Part shown: piece after piece, positions 25,144 to 37,740 of the stretch
Layout of the letters: every line of letters begins with the position of its first letter
How positions within the stretch are numbered: the stretch's first letter is position 1
Assembly (NCBI RefSeq): GCF_018350175.1
Contig: NC_058368.1
Coordinates: 89,220,001-89,284,000 of the forward strand
DNA from: Felis catus
Lineage: Eukaryota
DNA: 64,000 nt
Direction of reading: 5' to 3'
The notes under the pieces: model-generated
What the model was told of the DNA's origin: nothing
Databases searched by the model: none
What the model saw: the letters and a program-made list of their open reading frames with translations, nothing else
Translations under genes and position numbers: made by a program

Positions 25144-25694
25144 GTCTGTTTTGTCTGTGTGTTTGTGTGTCTTTGTTTCCTGTTTTTTTGTCTGTTTTCC
25201 TTTCCAGGGCTGCTTCAAGGAACAAATCAAAGCACACCTGGTGGAAGGCCCAAAAATCACTATGAGTAGAGAAATAAAGTCACAACAGAGAGCAAATAAC
25301 ACTCTCCAAAAAACCACCTCCTGAAGGGCCAGGCCCTGGACATAATATGACCTCCCTTTAATATAGCAGTGCTGAAAGGTGCAGAGCACATAACAAGCAT
25401 TTAAAACTCATAAGCAACAGAAAACTACACAAAATGACAAAATGGAAGAATTACCCAGAAAATAAATTCCAAGAAGTGACAGCTAAAGAATTGATCAAAA
25501 CAAATGTAAGCAATACAAATGAACAAGAATTTATAATAATAGTCATAAGATTAATTGCTGGGCTTGAAAAAGGCATAGAAGACAGCAGAAAATCTATTAC
25601 TTCCCAGATCAAGGAACTAAAAAATAGTTATGATGAATTAAAAAATGCTACAAATGAGGTACAAAATAAAATGGAGGTGGCCACAGCATGGATT

Positions 25695-25733
25695 GAAGAA
25701 GAAGAAGAAGAAGAAGAAGAAGAAGAAGAAGAA
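25695..25733 (+). repeat. (GAA)13 expansion in the L1 ORF1 coiled coil
   Basis: Read directly; other copies have gaagaggcagag here. Confidence 0.95.
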
Positions 25734-27654
25734 GGGAGAATAGGTGAATTAGAATATAAACTATGGATAAAGAGGAAGCTGAGAAAAAGAGAGATAAAAA
25801 ATCCAGGATCAAGAGGGGAGAATTAGTGAACTAAGTGATGCAATCAAACGGAACACTATCTGTAGCACAGACATTCCAGAAGAAGAGAAAGAGAAAAGGG
25901 GCTGAAGGTGTACTTAAACAAATCATAGCTGAGAACTTCCCCAATCTGGGCAAGGAAACAGACATTCAAGTCCAAAAGCACAGAGAACTCCCTTCAAACG
26001 TAACTTGAATTCATATTCTACATGACATATCATAGTGAAACTGGCAAAATACAAGGATAAAGAGAGAATTCTGAAAACATCTAGGGATAAACGGGCCTTA
26101 AATACAAAAATATACACATACGGGTAGTAGCAGACCTATCTACTCAAAGTTAGCAGGCCATAAAAATGGCAGGAAATCTTCAATGTGATGAAAAGGAAAA
26201 ATATGCAGCCAACAATCCTTTATCCAGCAAGCCTGTCACTCAGAATAGAAGGAGAATAAAGGTTTTCCCAAACAAAAATTGAAGGAATTCATCACCACTA
26301 AACCAGCCCTACAAGAGATCCTAAGGGGGACTATGTGAGTGAAATGTTGCAAGGACCACAAGGTACCAGTGACAACACTACAAGCATGAAAGCCACAGTT
26401 AACACAATGATTCTAAACCCATATCTTTCATAATAACACTGAATATGAATGGACTAAATACTCCAACCAAAAGACATAGGGTATAAGAATAGATATAAAA
26501 AAAATAAGACCCACCTATTTGCTGTCTACAAGAGATTCATTGTAGACCTGAGGACACCTTCAGACTTAAAGTGAGGGGATGGAGAACTATCTATCAAGCC
26601 ACTGGAAGTCACAAGAAACTGGGGTAGCCATACTTATATCAGATAAACTAGACTTTAAATTAAAGGCTGTAACAAGAGATGAAGAATGGCATAATAATTA
26701 TAGAGTCTATCCATCAGGATGAGCTAAAAAATTATCAATGTCTATGTGCCAAATACGGGAGCCCCCAAATATATAAAACAATTAATCACAAACATCAGCA
26801 ACCCTACTGATATGAATGGGGTAATTGCAGGGGACTTTAATACTCCACTTACAACAATGGATAGATCATCTAGACACAGGATCAATAAAGAAACAAGGGC
26901 CCTGAATGATACATTGGACCAGATGGACTTGACAGATATATTTAGAACTCTGCATCCCAAAGCAGCAGAATATACTTCTTCTTGAGTGGACATGGACATT
27001 CTCCAAGATAGGTCACATAATGGGTCACAAACCAGCCCTCCATAAATATAAAAGAATTGAGATCATACCATGCACACTTTCAGATCACAATGCTGTGAAA
27101 CTTGAAATCAACCACAGGAAAAAGTCTGGAAAGCCTCCAAGAGCATGGAGGTTAAAAACATCATACAATGAAACAAATGGGTCAGCCAGGCAATTAGGGA
27201 AGTATTAAAAAATATATGGAAACAAATGAAAATGAAAATACAACAATCCAAACGCTTTGGGATGCAGCAAAGGCAGTCCTGAGAGGAAAATACATTGCAA
27301 TCCAGGCTTATTTCAAGAAACAAGAAAAATCCCAAATACAAAATCTAACAGCACACCTAAAGGAACTGGAAGCAGAACAGCAAAGACACCCCAAACCCAG
27401 CAGAAGAAAGCATATAATGAAGATCAGAGCAAAAATAAACACTATACAATTTAAAAACAAAAACAAAAAACAGTAGAGCAGACCAATGAAACCAAGAGTT
27501 GGTTTTTTGAAAAACTAAACAAAATTGGAACACCTGGGTGGCTCAGTCGGTTAAGCCTCTGACTTCAGCTCAGGTCATGATGTCACAGTTCATGAGTTCG
27601 AGCCCTGCATCAGGCTCTGTGCTGACAGCTCAGAGCCTGGAGCCTGCTTCAGTT

Positions 27655-27711
<57 letters not shown>

Positions 27712-30700
27712 AATAAATAGACATTAAAAAATTTTTTAAGTAAAAAAATAAAAAATATTTATATACACCTCTGGTCAGTCTTCTCCAAAAGAAAAGAGAG
27801 AGGACCCAAATAGATAAAATCATGGATAAAAATGGATTTATCACAACCAATCCCTGAGAAATACAAGCAATTATCAGGGAATACTGTGAGAAATTATATG
27901 CCAACAAACTGGACAACCTGGAAGAAATGGACAGATTCCTAAACACCCACACACTACCAAAACTCAAACAGGAAGAAATAGAAAATTTTAACAGACCCAT
28001 AACTAGTGAAGAAATTGAATCAGTTATCAAAAATCTCCCAACAAATAAGAGTCCTGGGCCAGATGTCGTCCCTGGGGAATTCTACCAGACATATAAGCAG
28101 AGTTAATACCTATCCTTCTCAAGCTGTTCTAAAAAATAGAAAGGGAAGGAAAACTTCCAGACTCATTTTATGAAGCCAGCATTACTTTGATTCCCAAACC
28201 AGACAAAGGCCCAGCAAAAAAGAGAACTACAGGCCAATATCCCTGATGAATATGGAAGCAAAAATTCTCAATAAGATACTAGCGAATCGAATTCAACAGC
28301 ATATAAAAAGAATTATTCACCATGATCAAGTGGGATTCACTCCTTGGCTGCAGGGCTAGTTCAACATTCACAAATCAATCACTGTGATACATCATATTAA
28401 TAAAAGACAGGATAAGAACCATATAATACTGTCACTAGATGCAGAAAAAGCATTTGACAAAATACAGTGTCCTTTCTTAATAAAATCCCTTGAGAAAGCT
28501 GGAACATACAGAAACTTCATAGAAGCCATTTATGAAAAGCCCACAGCTAATATCATCCTCAATGGGGAAAAAGTGAGAGCTTTCCCCCTGAGACATGGAG
28601 CATGACAGGGATGTCCACTCTTGCCACTGTTGTTTAACATAGTGTTGGAAGTTCTAGCATCAGCAATCAGACAACAAAAGGAAATCAAAGGCATCAAAAT
28701 TGGCAAAGATTAAGGCAAAGTTTCACTTTTTTGCAGATGACATGATACTCTACATGGAAAACCCGACAGACTCCACCAAAAGTCTGCTAGAACTGCTACA
28801 TGAATTTAGCAAAGTTGCAGGATACAAAATCAATGTACAGAAATCAGCTTCATTCTTATACACTAATAATGAAACAACAGAAAGACAAATAAAGAAACTG
28901 ATCCCATTCACAATCGCACCAAGAAGCATAAAATACCTAGGAATAAATCTAACCAAAGATGTAAATTCTGTATGCTGAAAACTATAGAAAGCTTATGAAG
29001 AAAATTGAAGAAGATATAAAGAAATGGAAAAACATTCCCTGCTCATGGATTGGAAGAATAAATATTGTCAAAATGTCAATACTACCCAAAGCTATCTACA
29101 CATTCAATGCAATCCCAATCAAAATTGCACCAGCATTCTTCTCGAAACTAGAACAAGCCATCCTAAAATTCATATGGAACCACAAAAGTCCCTGAATAGC
29201 CAAAGTAATTTTGAAGAAGAAGACCAAAGCAGGAGGCATCACAATCCCAGACTTTAGCCTCTACTACAAAGCTGTAATCATCAAGACAGCATGGTATTGG
29301 CACAAAAACAGACACATAGACCAATGGAATAGAATAGAAACCCCAGAACTAGACCCACAAACGTATGGCCAACTCATCTTTGACAAAGCAGGAAAGAACA
29401 TCCAATGGAAAAAAGACAACCTCTTTAACAAATGGTGCTGGGAGAACTTGGCAGCAACATGCAGAAGGTTGAAACTAGACCACTTTCTCACACCATTCAC
29501 AAAAATATACTCAAAATGGATGAAGGACCTGAATGTGAGACAGGAAACCATCAAAACCCTAGAGGACAAAGCAGGAAAAGACCTCTCTGACCTCAGCCGT
29601 AGCAATCTCTTACTCGACACATCCCCAAAGGCAAGGGAATTAAAAGCAAAAATGAATTACTGGGACCTTATGAAGATAAAAAGCTTCTGCACAGCAAAGG
29701 AAACAACCGACAAAACTAAAAGGCAACCAACGGAATGGGAAAAGATATTTGCAAATGACATATCGGACAAAGGGCTAGTATCCAAAATCTATAAAGAGCT
29801 CACCAAACTCCACACCCGAAAAACAAATAACCCAGTGAAGAAATGGGAAGAAAACATGAATAGACACTTTTCCAAAGAAGACATCCGGATGGCCAACAGA
29901 CACATGAAAAGATGCTCAACGTTGCTCCTTATCAGGGAAATACAAATCAAAACCACACTCAGATATCACCTCACGCCAGTCAGAGTGGCCAAAATGAACA
30001 AATCAGGAGACCATAGATGCTGGCGAGGATGTGGAGAAACGGAAACCCTCTTGCACTGTTGGTGGGAATGCAAATTGGTGCAGCCACTCTGGGACACAGT
30101 GTGGAGGTTCCTCAGAAAATTAAAAATAGACCTACCCTATGACCCAGTAATAGCACTGCTAGGAATTTATCCAAGGGATACAGGAGTACTGATGCATAGG
30201 GGCACTTGTACCCCAATGTTTATAGCAGCACTTATGGAAAGAGCCTAAATGTCCATCAACTGATGAATGGATAAAGAAATTGTGGTTTATATACACAATG
30301 GAGTACTACAGGGCAATGAGAAAGAACGAAATATGGCCCTTTGTAGCAACGTGGATGGAACTGGAGAGTGTGATGTTAAGTGAAATAAGCCACACAGAGA
30401 AAGACAGATACCATATGTTTCCACTCTTATGTGGATCCTGAGAAACTTAACAGAAACCCATGGGGGAGGGGAAGGAAAAAAAAAAGAGGTTAGAATGGGA
30501 GAGAGCCAAAGCATAAGAGACTCTTAAAAACTGAGAACAAAAAATAAGAAAACAAAAACAATGTAGTAGAGGGCAGGGAACATATGGTGAGAAAGAGAAC
30601 ACAGATGCTAAAAGGGAAGGATCAGGGGAAAGGCAACAACACGAATGGGATGAGGAACAGAAACAGAAGGAGCACCTGAGTGAAGTGGGAAGCCAGCCAT

Positions 30701-31169
30701 AGGGACAGAGTTCTCCTATTATCAATGCCACAGTGAGATCTCTGACTTCTGGGACTCTGGGGGCTGTGAGAGCCCAGCATCACAGACTCTTTTATTCTGA
30801 TGGGAAAGATAGTGGAATAGACCACGTTGCCTGCAAACCCCTCTAGCACTCTTTGGAAGTCCTGCCATGTCAAGGTCTTCCCATAGCAGCCCCTGGCCCT
30901 TTAGTAACCAGAAACATCTTACCCCAACTTTAACAGGGACAACAGTCATGGCCTGACCCTTTCCAGCTTCCTCTCTCACCATTGGACATGTTCAAGAACC
31001 TTGCCTGTCCCAAGTGACAAGGGTTCCATGTAATAACCTGCAAGGCTAAAATCAGAATATCCAAACATCTCAGGCTTGTCCCAACTTTCCTCTCCAAATT
31101 AATATGCCAAATCTCACTCATGTCTCTACCAGCTAGACCCTATGCTTGCATTCACATCAACCCATCTGC

Positions 31170-32440
31170 CTGGAATGACTTCATTTATTCAACAGATATT
31201 TTTTGAGCACTTACTATGTGCCAGCCACTATGCTACATGCTAGGAATCAAGTGAACAAGGAGACACAGTCTCCTCCTGGGAGCTGACACTCTTGCTGACC
31301 CTTTCCCCCTACCTCTGAAATCTGCACTCTTCCATCAATTCCCTCTCCATCTGTGATCACTCCTCTTTCTTATAGTGCTTGGTGTTTAGAATCCGTAAGT
31401 TGCTGATTGATCAAGTTTTGTCTTGTTGATCAACAGAACATCAAAGGTTACTAGTGTGGGGATCTATAAACTCTGAAATGTATGAAAACCTGGTGCTTAT
31501 GTGCGTAGTTCTGGTCCAAAATTTTTATTACATTTCCCTAAAAAGTGAAAAGACCCTACTTTTTATTGTTGAATTGAAGTTATTTATCTTGTCGTGGTAT
31601 TTACATTTTCAAGATGAATTTCACAATGTTATGGTATGTTTACTAAGCACAAAGACCTTGAGTGTGATTCCTGTGTGCTCCACATATTACCTATGCACAC
31701 CTGATTGGAGATTGTCATTTGTTTGATGGAATTGAAGGAGGCTCCTGGATCCTGAAGGATAACTGGAATATCCAAGGCTGAGTAGAAACTGATTATATAT
31801 TCAGGGATAAGGACAAGGCAAACCCTGAGGCAGAGAGAAGAAAGCAGTGTTGATGGGGGAGGCAAGCTGAGCACATTGGCTGAGCAGCAGACTCACAGAG
31901 GGAAGCAGTGGAGGAAGACTGGTCCTGAACAACAGGTTGAGGAGTTGGGACTTTATACATCACTAAGTCATAGTTAAGAGCTAAGATTCAGCCAATTAAT
32001 AGCTTTGGGCAAGTGCTCACTGAAGCTTTCATCTCATCTGCAAAATGAGGATAAGAATAATTACCTTCTATAGTTGTTATAAAGATTAAAAGGACTCGTG
32101 TGCTAAAAAAACACCAGACATTTGCACAGTTCACCCAGAAAAAGCTAAACAAATGGTGGCCATTGTTGCTGTTGATTGAAGAAGCTGGTCCAAGGCTGTT
32201 CACAGGATGGCGGAGAGATGGAGGGACCTAAGAAGGGTCTCTAAAAGACATAAAAATAAACTTTGATGGTACAAACAGAAGAGGGACACCAGCTGTGTAA
32301 TATTGGACAGGTTTCTTAATCATTCTGAACCCCAGTTTCATCATGTATAGTGGCTGTGAGGATAAAATAAGATAATGAATGTAAAAGCCCCTATTCTAGT
32401 GTCTGGCACATAGTAAGTATCCAATACAAAGTGACAGCTA
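31170..32440. mobile_element. Ancient L2 (~31170-31290) and MIR (~31985-32170, ~32290-32440) relics
   Basis: tttattcaacagatattttttgagcacttactatgtgccag (L2 3' end) and ttgggcaag..tcatctgcaaaatgaggataa (MIR core). Confidence 0.6.
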
Positions 32441-34020
32441 TTGAGAAGTATACAATCTCCAACACTTAGTATGCTCTGTACAAATGTGGTAGAAAGATAA
32501 AGGAGGAGGGAAGTTTTTTTAAAAGCACATTGCATTGGAAATCAGAATTTTCAAGTTGAAAGGGAAATTGGATGCTTATTACTCTCTTATCAGATGCATT
32601 TATTGATTTTCAATGTGTTTTCATAAATTGACCAGATAAACTGATCTTTACAAATGAAAAAGGCACCAATCAATGTAATCTAAGACCTTGCTGCCATTTG
32701 AGATGCACATTTCTCCTGACAAACTACCAAGGGAGTACAACACAAATAGTTTTAGTTGGGCAACAGTGAGAGATATTAGGGCAGGAAAGTCCTTCTATGT
32801 CCCCCATATCAGACTTGCCAGAGCCCTAGACTATGCATGAGAGACTCTTGCAGAGCTGTGCAGAAGAATTTCATCAAGGAGCCCATCAGTAGAAAGGGGA
32901 AAAGTCAAACTCAGGGCAACTTTCTCAAAGAGAAATGAAACTGTGGAATTGGAAGAGAAGGGAAAAAATACCAAAAACCAAAGCATGCTTTTCAAAATAA
33001 TGGCAGATCCCTAACTGTCCTTCAAGAAGAAGGGGTATAGGAGAAAATATCCAAATGGAAAAATATATACAAGGTGTGGAGAAGAAGCAAGGAGAAACAT
33101 TTTCCCAAGAGTTAGAAACATGGGTCAGCAAGAGGCAACTTCACCACTCTCATTCAAAATCTAACAGCCAGATGTCATCAGGAAAGTTAGCTTTCCCAAT
33201 ACCCTAGGGGGCCCATTTCAGAAGGTCTATCCATTGTCACATCCTCTCTAAACTTTAAAAGACAAAACAGTCCCCATCTTTCTTAAAACCTCTGGTGAGA
33301 CGCTGAGGAATTCACTTCCTCTTCTGGGTCTCAGTCTCTCAAGCAGTAACACGATAGGTTGGATGAAACAACTCTCAGGTCATCCCTTGAACTAATCACA
33401 GAACAAATAATTAGGAGGTAGAAACCCATGCCAGAAACAAAATCTAACCACACAAGAGGTCTCTACCTCAGTAGAAATAGTAAGGAGGTGAATGGCAAAA
33501 GTAGTTGTAGGGTGAATAAACATTTTAAGCATTTGATAACAGAAGGAGAAATACAAGACACATAAAGGAAGAATCTTACCTGAAGCCATGCAATCAATAA
33601 CATCAGGAAGGGCCTGGAAGTGAGGAGGGAAGGTCAGGAGTCTCGACCCCTTTGTCCTTGGAAAACAGACTTCACCAAGGGAGGGCTGCTCTAATCAGTT
33701 GGGTCTGCAACAGGATCTCTTTCAGTGCAGGGAAGCCAGTGAGCCTCCATCTCCTTAGAAGGAAATGGAGCTTAAATGGAAAAAGGGAAGACCTTCTGTT
33801 AGAGAAACAAAGTTTCAAAAAAAAAAAAAAAAGACTTGTGTAGTCAGAACTCGTCTAGAATCTCTCCTGTTTTGTGAAATTGGGAGTTGACTGAGGTGTT
33901 TGGGGCACTCCCCATTCACAGGTAGGCATGCTTGATGCCTTCCATGAGGACTGTGGAAAGGTTTTAAAGAAATGCATTAGGATTGGTTAAAATGGGAAGA
34001 AAATGGGTTCTGAAAAAAGG

Positions 34021-34049
34021 GACACACATGCGCATGCGCATGCACACAG

Positions 34050-34082
<33 letters not shown>

Positions 34083-34090
34083 GCACATAC
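34021..34090. repeat. Imperfect (CA)n microsatellite
   Basis: Read directly; absent from paralog copy 1. Confidence 0.9.
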
Positions 34091-35279
34091 AAAACCTAGA
34101 AGAGTAAGCTTCATCCTAAAACCTTGTTGGAATAATTAGTGGTTAAGAAAAAGTCTTCCAGAAACAACAATTGTAGCACAGAGAGATCATATATCTTATT
34201 CAAAAGGAAGGCAAGGTGGCCTTCCTTGCCACCTTTGTAGGACTCAGGAAAAAGCCTCTCGCTCATGGATGAAACCCCTCACTGGACCAGGGACAACATT
34301 TGAGTGAGAAGTTTATTCCCTCACTTCTCACTGCTACCCATTGTTCTTCCCCTCTGCTGTGACTAGGGAAAGTTGCTTCTATTTTCACAAATCCTTGGAG
34401 ACCCCTCCTCTGTCACATCTCTGTCCCTAGTCTCTGGCAATTAAACCTCCTAGGGAAGGCAGCCTCCTGCGAAGTTCTCTGCTCACCTCAGCTACAACAA
34501 CAAGCAAACTCTCTCCCAGGAGAAGGAGGAGGGGAAAACTGGGGAGGGTTTCTATAGTTCAACCTGGGAAGAATTGGCTCTCCCTCCATTCCATAAAAAG
34601 AATAGGGAACATTGGCTTTTGTTCTGTGTTCTGTGTTGTGTGTTTTGTTCTGTGTTATGTCCCACTTGGAAATATCCACTAAATACTGTATGTAAGCAAA
34701 GGGAATTTTCCAGAGACTTCCAGAGTGTCACTCCTCTACATCTTTCTGCCTCCTCCCAATACCTCAGCCTAATGAGGAAGCAACCATCCAAGGTCCCATT
34801 GACGCTTCTTATCTCAGAGCTCAATTCCACTGGAATTCAAAGAAGTCTTCAAGAGGTCAAGGGTTCAACAAACACCCTGCCATGACCAAGAGTTCATCTT
34901 TCTCTGACATTGACCACCTCCTACTACTCTCCTGTCAGCTCCTACCCACTTGACTTTCTCTCCTATTAAGAAATTCACACAAATAAAGGTAGCATAGCAC
35001 AGACACTTGACCTTGAAGTCAGACAGAGCTGGGTGGGAATCTTTTACAGATTTGACATTGGGCAAGGGATTAATCTGAACTGTTTTCTCATGTGTGAAAT
35101 GATAATGATGATGTTAACTACAAATATTCCTTGTGAGCATTAATTGAATAAAATATCTGAAGTGTTCTCCCTGTTTACAGGTTCTAAGAATTGTAGTTAC
35201 TAGTGTCACTGCCCTCCCATCTCTCTTAAGCCCAAAAGCAGATACAAAATACAGACTTTAAAAAAATCGTTAATAAATA

Positions 35280-35537
35280 TCACTAAACAAATAACTGAAT
35301 CCAATAGCAAGCAACAAAACAAATGCTGAGGACAGGGAAGAATCTGATTTACAGAGTTACCACACTATAACATTCTAAATGTCCAGTTTTCTGTGTAAAA
35401 TTACAAAGCATAAAAATAAAGGGCATAATCCATTCACAGAAAAAATGAGCTAAAACTGTCCTTGAGATAGCATAGATATTAGATTTACTAGACAAAAATT
35501 TAAATAAACTGACAAATATTCTCAAAGAGCTAATGGA
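35280..35537 (+). mobile_element. Ancient L1M ORF1-region fragment
   Basis: gaatctgatttacagagttaccacact..aaatgtccagtttt..gatttactagacaaa..ctcaaagagcta. Confidence 0.55.
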
Positions 35538-37740
35538 GAGGAGTCTGGATATGTGAGTAGGAAGATCGTGACAAAGTAGGTGAACCCTACTCTCACCTCA
35601 TTTCACAAATACCACTAGATAACTATCAAATCATCCTAAATACCACAGAAATTAATTAACCTGAAGACTGACAGAACAAACTCCAAAACTAAAGGGAAAG
35701 AAAAATCCACTTTGAAGAAGATAGGGAGTATGGAGACATGGTTTAGGAAAGAAATGAATCATGGGTGCTACAGAGGGGAGGGAGCCATTATCACAAAGAA
35801 GGGCAAAAGAGAGAGGAGCACACAAGGGAATGCATGAAGAGAACATATCCCCAAAGATGATGGCTTAGAAAACAAGGGTCAGGGCGCATGGGTGGCTCAG
35901 TTAGTTGAGTCTCATACTATTGATTTTGGTTCAGGTCCTGATCCCAGGGTTGTGGGGTTGAGCCCCTCATCAGGCTCCCCACTGACTATGGAACCTGCCT
36001 AAGATTCTGTCTCCTTCTTCCTTCTCCCCAGCTCATGTACTCTCTATCTCAAAAAAAAAGGAAAGAAAAAAAGAAAATAAAAGAAAGAAAATGAGAAGGG
36101 CTGAATTTCACGAATTATTGTAACCAGCAGAGCTTGAAGACTGTTGATTTAAAGGTCAGCAGGCTTGGCTGGGATAGAGCTCTGAGGGCACTGCCATACT
36201 CCTAGAGAAAAAAAGGCAAATAACCTGGAGGAAGATGGCATGGAAACATCTTTTTTTTTTTTAGTTTATTTACTTATTTTAAGAGAGTGAGGGAGAGCAC
36301 ATATGCACAAGTATGCATGCGCAAGCTAGGGAAGGTAGCAAGAGATAGAGAGAATCCCAAGCAGGCTCTGCACTGTCAGCACAGAGCCTGTGCTGGATTT
36401 GAACTCATGAACTGTAAGATCATGACCTGAGGTGAAGTCAGACGCTTAACCAACTGAACCACCTAGGTGTCCTGGAAACACCAATCTTAAGAAAGCCTAG
36501 GGTACACAGGGAGAGATTTTTGCTCTTCTTGGAGCCTTCCATAAGTGGCAATGTTCATGGAGAACCCATTCTAGGAACCAAGGAGCTAGCTGACACCATT
36601 TACTTCCCTGCCCATCACCAAAAAAAGAGAGCCACCTGTGGAAAACAGCACAGTACCAACAATGGCTGCATAACTTGCTTACATGAAGCCCCACACCCCT
36701 GCACTCTGGTGGGACTTCCCTTCCCAGTCATGTTTGCCTCAGTCCCAGCACAGCAGTACCTTCCTCCAGAAAGACCAGCACATGTTCTGCCCACACCACA
36801 TCTCCCAACCAAAGGGTTCTTCTGGGCTTCTGTTCTAGTGGAAGTAGTATCAGGTCTCATGTAACAAGCATATCCGAGCACACCTAACTGAAACATGCCA
36901 CATTCAGACCAGGAACCAAACACTGCTTGTCAAGGAGAGCCTGTGCAGATGACTGGCATGAAGGATAGGGCAGCCAGAACACAACAGCAGACCACATGCA
37001 ACACACACTGGAGGCACTCCCTGAAGCCCCAGGCCTTGGGCACTACATGACCTCTTCTTCATAAAGCCATTACATTCAGGAGCAGCAGACATAACCGGCT
37101 TTTCTAAAACAGAGAAGAAGGGAGAGACCTAAACAACTTGCTAAGACAGAGCAATTTATCCAAATGAGAGAACAAGATAAGACCATGGCCAGATATCTAA
37201 GCAAAATAGATATAAGTAGCATATCTGATGGGGAATTGAAGCAACAATCATAAATATACTCCCTGGGCTTAAGAAAAGAATAGAAGACATCAATGAGACT
37301 CTTACCACAGAGATAAAAGAAGTTAAAAAATCAATCAGACATGAAGAGTGCAATAAACAAGGTTGGAAACAAGCATGATGCAATGAACAGCAGGCTGGAG
37401 GAAGCAGAGGAACAAATTACTGACTAAAAAGACAAATTGATGGGAATGATGAAGCTGAATAAAAGAAAGAATTATAAAATGTGAGAATAGATTTAAGTAA
37501 CTCAGTGACTCCATAAAACATAGTAACTTGCATATTACGGAAGTCCCAGAAGAGGAAGGGAGACAAAAGGGGACAATTTATTTGAAGAAATAATAGCTGA
37601 AAACTTCCCTAATCTGGGGACGGAAACAGAAATGCAGATCCAGGAGGCACAAAGAATTCCCAAAATCAACAAAAGCAGGACAACACAAAGACGTATAGTA
37701 ATTACATTTGCAAAATGTGGTCATAAAGAAAAAAATACTG

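Larger units (their letters stand above)
23816..30540 (+). mobile_element. Near full-length L1 'B': older 5'UTR type, young-type 3' part, 3'-truncated; CanSINE at 27527-27755
   Basis: 5'UTR GCCAACATGG.. is shared with 60145+. ORF1 starts at 25434 and ORF2 at ~26407. An open 345-aa frame lies at 29211-30248. The element ends at ...aaaaactgagaacaaa, without the G-tract or polyA signal. Confidence 0.93.
30541..34353 (-). repeat. Segmental paralog copy 2: inverted OR upstream region lacking a CDS
   Basis: Matching blocks: 33653-33682 = rc(603-632), 30/30; 33018-33080 = rc(1208-1270), 61/63; 30739-30783 = rc(1753-1797), 45/45; ~34310-34353 resembles rc(1-45). Confidence 0.93.

Noticed and set aside
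24811..25389. CV/HT-repeat and hydrophobic ORFs (also 61459-61920)
   Set aside because: They are translations of (TG)n and the T-rich L1 5'UTR.
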